64,000 bases of DNA from Porphyridium purpureum. Lineage: Eukaryota. Shown here piece after piece: positions 60,974 through 64,000 of this stretch. Positions within the stretch are counted from its first letter, which is position 1; every line of letters starts with the position of its first letter. The DNA is taken from the NCBI GenBank assembly GCA_008690995.1, contig VRMN01000010.1, forward strand, positions 372,001 through 436,000, given 5' to 3'. The position numbers and the translations under genes were made by a program. The notes below the pieces were generated by a model. That model was not told the origin of the DNA. It ran no database searches and was given only the letters and a program-made list of their open reading frames with translations.

Positions 60974-62249
60974 GATCGCGACGCAACCTCTACCCACCCC
61001 CTCCGCCGTTCTTCAACTTCAACCACCTCTTCCACCTTCCTCTTCCTCGTCCTTCCCTCCCCGTCCTCCTCGCTCTTCTCCCTCCTCCCACCCCGCATCC
61101 AGGCCGCCACAATCCAAATCACAAAATTAAAAAATAGATTAAACATACATTTAAAAAATAATTCCTCTATAAAGACAACGCTTTTTTGCTATGGACGCCT
61201 CTTGTTTATTTAATTCTTAATTTTAATTTTGTTGGTGTTCTCCTGCAGTGTTGCGGCCTTTCTCCTGCACAGGGAACGCCGGCGCGCTGTAGGCCGTGTT
61301 GTTGCAGTTGCGATGAGGGGCAGTTAACATGGAAGCCGCCGTCTCACCCGCGGGTGCGATCGCACGCACGCGCGCCCCTGACCTTTCTAATTCAAAGAAG
61401 ACAAGCGAGAACTGAAAGCAAAACCATGAACGAAACGAGCCGAGTCATTGCTGTGGTCAATGGTGAGAAGGTAGCTGAGCATGGTGTGGTGCCATCTTGC
61501 TTTTTTCTCGTGCGCATGGCTTTTCTCGAGCATGGGTCGCCGTGCCGTAAAGAATGGCGATCATGTGTTGAAGCTCGTGACGGTCACTTCTTGTGCGCGC
61601 TGCCCCGGTCAACTTGGTGATACCAGGACGAATTCTAATCGAAGGCCGTGCACTCGAGCAGCAGTCGTTACGGATGCCTACAGTATCTTTATGTAGCACA
61701 AGTTCAAGCGCTGCTACCGCCACACTCTGAGAGACATGCAGTCTAGTTTTCTGGCGCTCTTTCGGTTGTCCGTGCTCACGCCATCGGCACAATGCAGTTG
61801 TACATTTGGGAGCATGCACTCGTACAGAAATGCATTCACGTCTGGTTGGCGTGTAGAATCTGTTCTGGTCACGATCGGCATATTACCGACACCGGAATGA
61901 TCCATGCTGTTGAGTGACGTGCATTGATACACGCGTTACGTGAAGCTCGTCGCAGACCAAGCCGCTTGTTGTGCAGTATGCACCACCGGAATACGAGATC
62001 GCCGGCCTTTAGCGCTAAGGCTGTATCCACTTGCCCCACGAAAATTACAAGAGAAAGAGAGAGAGAGAGGGAGAGAGAGAGCCCAGAGATGAGGGGTTTC
62101 GAGGATTGACCCTTATGATGTCGAAGACATGGTGGAGCGCAAGAGCTGGTCGTAGTTCTGCAGAAAGGTTGGGATTGATATGTATCGTCATGATAGGAGG
62201 TGGTTTCTTGTTTATGGCCATCTGTGTGTCTTTATGAAGATAGATTGTC

Positions 62250-62831
62250 ATAGCTCTTACGAGTGCGGTTGGGTAGCTTGTCGCAGTTCTGCTCCTGTAC
62301 GCGGCTCACGCAGATGACGCGCGAGTTGAACTCTGCATCTAAATCATTTTGAGCGGTGATCCATTCGTGGAAGACAAAGTATTCCTGTGTATCCGACCGC
62401 CAAACGGAGCCATTGAATGCATTCTGTTTGGGGTGCCACTTGCAGAAGGCGGAAAGGCTCAACGTGCAGGTCGACGAAATGTTTTAGACATGAAGCTCTG
62501 ATTAGCGGCCTTTTTAACGATTGGAACTGTGGGCGAGTCGTGCGACAAGATCTGATTTGCGGACGGTTCGACGTTCAACTAGTCTGGAAATACCGAAACC
62601 CGGACGCGTGCACAAATGCGAATCATGGCTTAGTTCATTTTCGAGCAGGTGAGCAACACCATTATTTCTTTCAGCTGTGTGGTCGCCGCTTGCGTCTCAA
62701 AGACGACGGGCGACTGTCGTTTTTCTTCACCGAGCGGACGGATGGACTTTGATTGTCATGGTGTTGGGGGCGGGGACAATCGCCGTGTCTGCCATGGCAG
62801 ATCGTCATCTCTTCGTGCGAGTCAGATTTGA
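62250..62831 (+). pseudogene. Decayed paralog of the secreted Cys-rich gene at 38163-38756
   Basis: Manual translation aligns collinearly with the intact protein. In-frame stops at 62340, 62553, 62580 and 62631, and a frameshifted segment near 62435-62515. Confidence 0.8.
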
Positions 62832-63629
62832 CGTCGCTTTTGCGTGGATGTTTGCTACGCCAGTTACCACAACCAATCAGTCCCGTCGATGCAAGCGTGC
62901 TCTTTCGATCCGGTCACATCAATTGCATCCGCGGATTCAGTCTCACTCGGCGCGAGTGCAGAAGGCTTGCATTCCACGATTATATTGTAAAAATGACAAT
63001 CTCGCTATTTCTCCCGCGGATTCATGAGTCTGAAAATGTAAACCGCAACTTCTTTCCGCTTGACACTCTTGCCTGTGCGGTGAACCCGAGTCTTTTCCGT
63101 CGAATCACCAATTACCCTCACGAACGACTGCGCCTGCTCTTCTAGCTTTCTTAAACTGTCTTCAACTTTCTTCACCCGTCTCGCCTGCTTGAGATCTTTC
63201 GCATCGACGCACACCCAGCGTTGCCGAGATGTGCAAGACTTCCGCACAGACACCTCGCAGCGGTGCTCAACCGGATGGAGCACAACTGCGTTGCAATCCA
63301 GAAACGGTTTCCCCGTTCCCTGGAGCGAGTAACCGATAAACCGATCTGGGCGATACACAATTCACACGAGAAACCCTGATCCGTAAACCGATCTCCAGAC
63401 CGGTTACAAACCGTTTACCGGCTGTTGCATGCGTTGCCGCGCGGCACGTGAAGGGGCGCAGCGGGACAAGATAAGCGGCAGGAGGCGTCTGCGTCAGGCG
63501 GCGTTTGGTTTGGCTGAGCGCGGCGCCCTGTGAAGGAGGAATGACAGCCCGAAGAACGGGCTTGCGCACGCTGCTGGCTCGCGGATGTGATGCGAAGTGC
63601 GTTCGCGTGGTCCGGTACAAGCAGAAGAA

Positions 63630-64000
63630 ATGAACAGACGGTCGAGGATGCTCGTGGACGTTATGCGTGCGTGCAGGTGGGTGATTGTGCTTCTGCTGCT
63701 GGTCTGCTGCGGTCGCGCTGGAGCAACATCAAACTCGTCGGATTCAAGCGTCGCTCGGCAAGACAACACGCGCCCGGAGCAGGTGGATAATGTGATTTTG
63801 AGTACTTCAGGGCAAAAGGGCACGGCAGATGGAATTTTGGCGGAGCAATCGGTGATATCGCTCACACAATCCGCAGCGGCGCTTGCGAATGAGTCACTTC
63901 AGCACCAGACTCGTCTCCCTTCCAATGTGGGCAAGAGCTGCGATCGTGCGTCGGATTGCAGTCCGAGGAAACGGACATGGACGTCTGCCGAGGCACTGGC
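63630..64000 (+). CDS. 5' part of a secreted/membrane protein, truncated by the window edge
   Basis: Open frame from ATG 63630 (MNRRSRMLVDVMRACRWVIVLLLLVCCGRAGA...) to the end of the window. Signal-peptide-like; absent from the ORF track because it has no stop. Confidence 0.65.
   Translation, partial: MNRRSRMLVDVMRACRWVIVLLLLVCCGRAGATSNSSDSSVARQDNTRPEQVDNVILSTSGQKGTADGILAEQSVISLTQSAAALANESLQHQTRLPSNVGKSCDRASDCSPRKRTWTSAEAL

Noticed and set aside
61540..61860. Possible third relic of the Cys-rich family (GD-CVE..FLC and IWEHALVQKCIHVWLA)
   Set aside because: The matches are short and their spacing (about 250 nt) disagrees with the intact gene (about 150 nt); not distinguishable from chance by eye.

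Overview
This is a compact, GC-rich, essentially intron-free eukaryotic nuclear region. The gene mix (proteasome RPT2, PEX3, Nup88-like, NOT4, plus proteins with plastid and thylakoid-lumen targeting signals) suggests a unicellular red alga such as Porphyridium; that assignment is inference. I can support about 30 single-exon protein genes and one tRNA-Ile(AAT). Housekeeping genes are interspersed with bacterial-type enzymes: a GNAT, a DadA-like oxidoreductase, a standalone CofG, a VOC/glyoxalase, DUF1499 and YidD. Candidate Golgi glycan enzymes are also present: a two-domain glycosyltransferase and a sulfotransferase-like protein. Three signals go beyond the ORF track. (1) A mostly gene-oriented GTACAGT motif lies upstream of many genes and is amplified into an 11-bp tandem array before NOT4; CCGAT/CCGAA 7-8-bp arrays and a 91-bp promoter duplication accompany it. 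(2) A full-length decayed paralog at about 62.25-62.83 kb matches the secreted Cys-rich protein at 38.2-38.8 kb. (3) A secreted-protein ORF runs off the right edge. I found no intact transposon, CRISPR array or rRNA. All product calls come from motif recognition by eye, not database searches.
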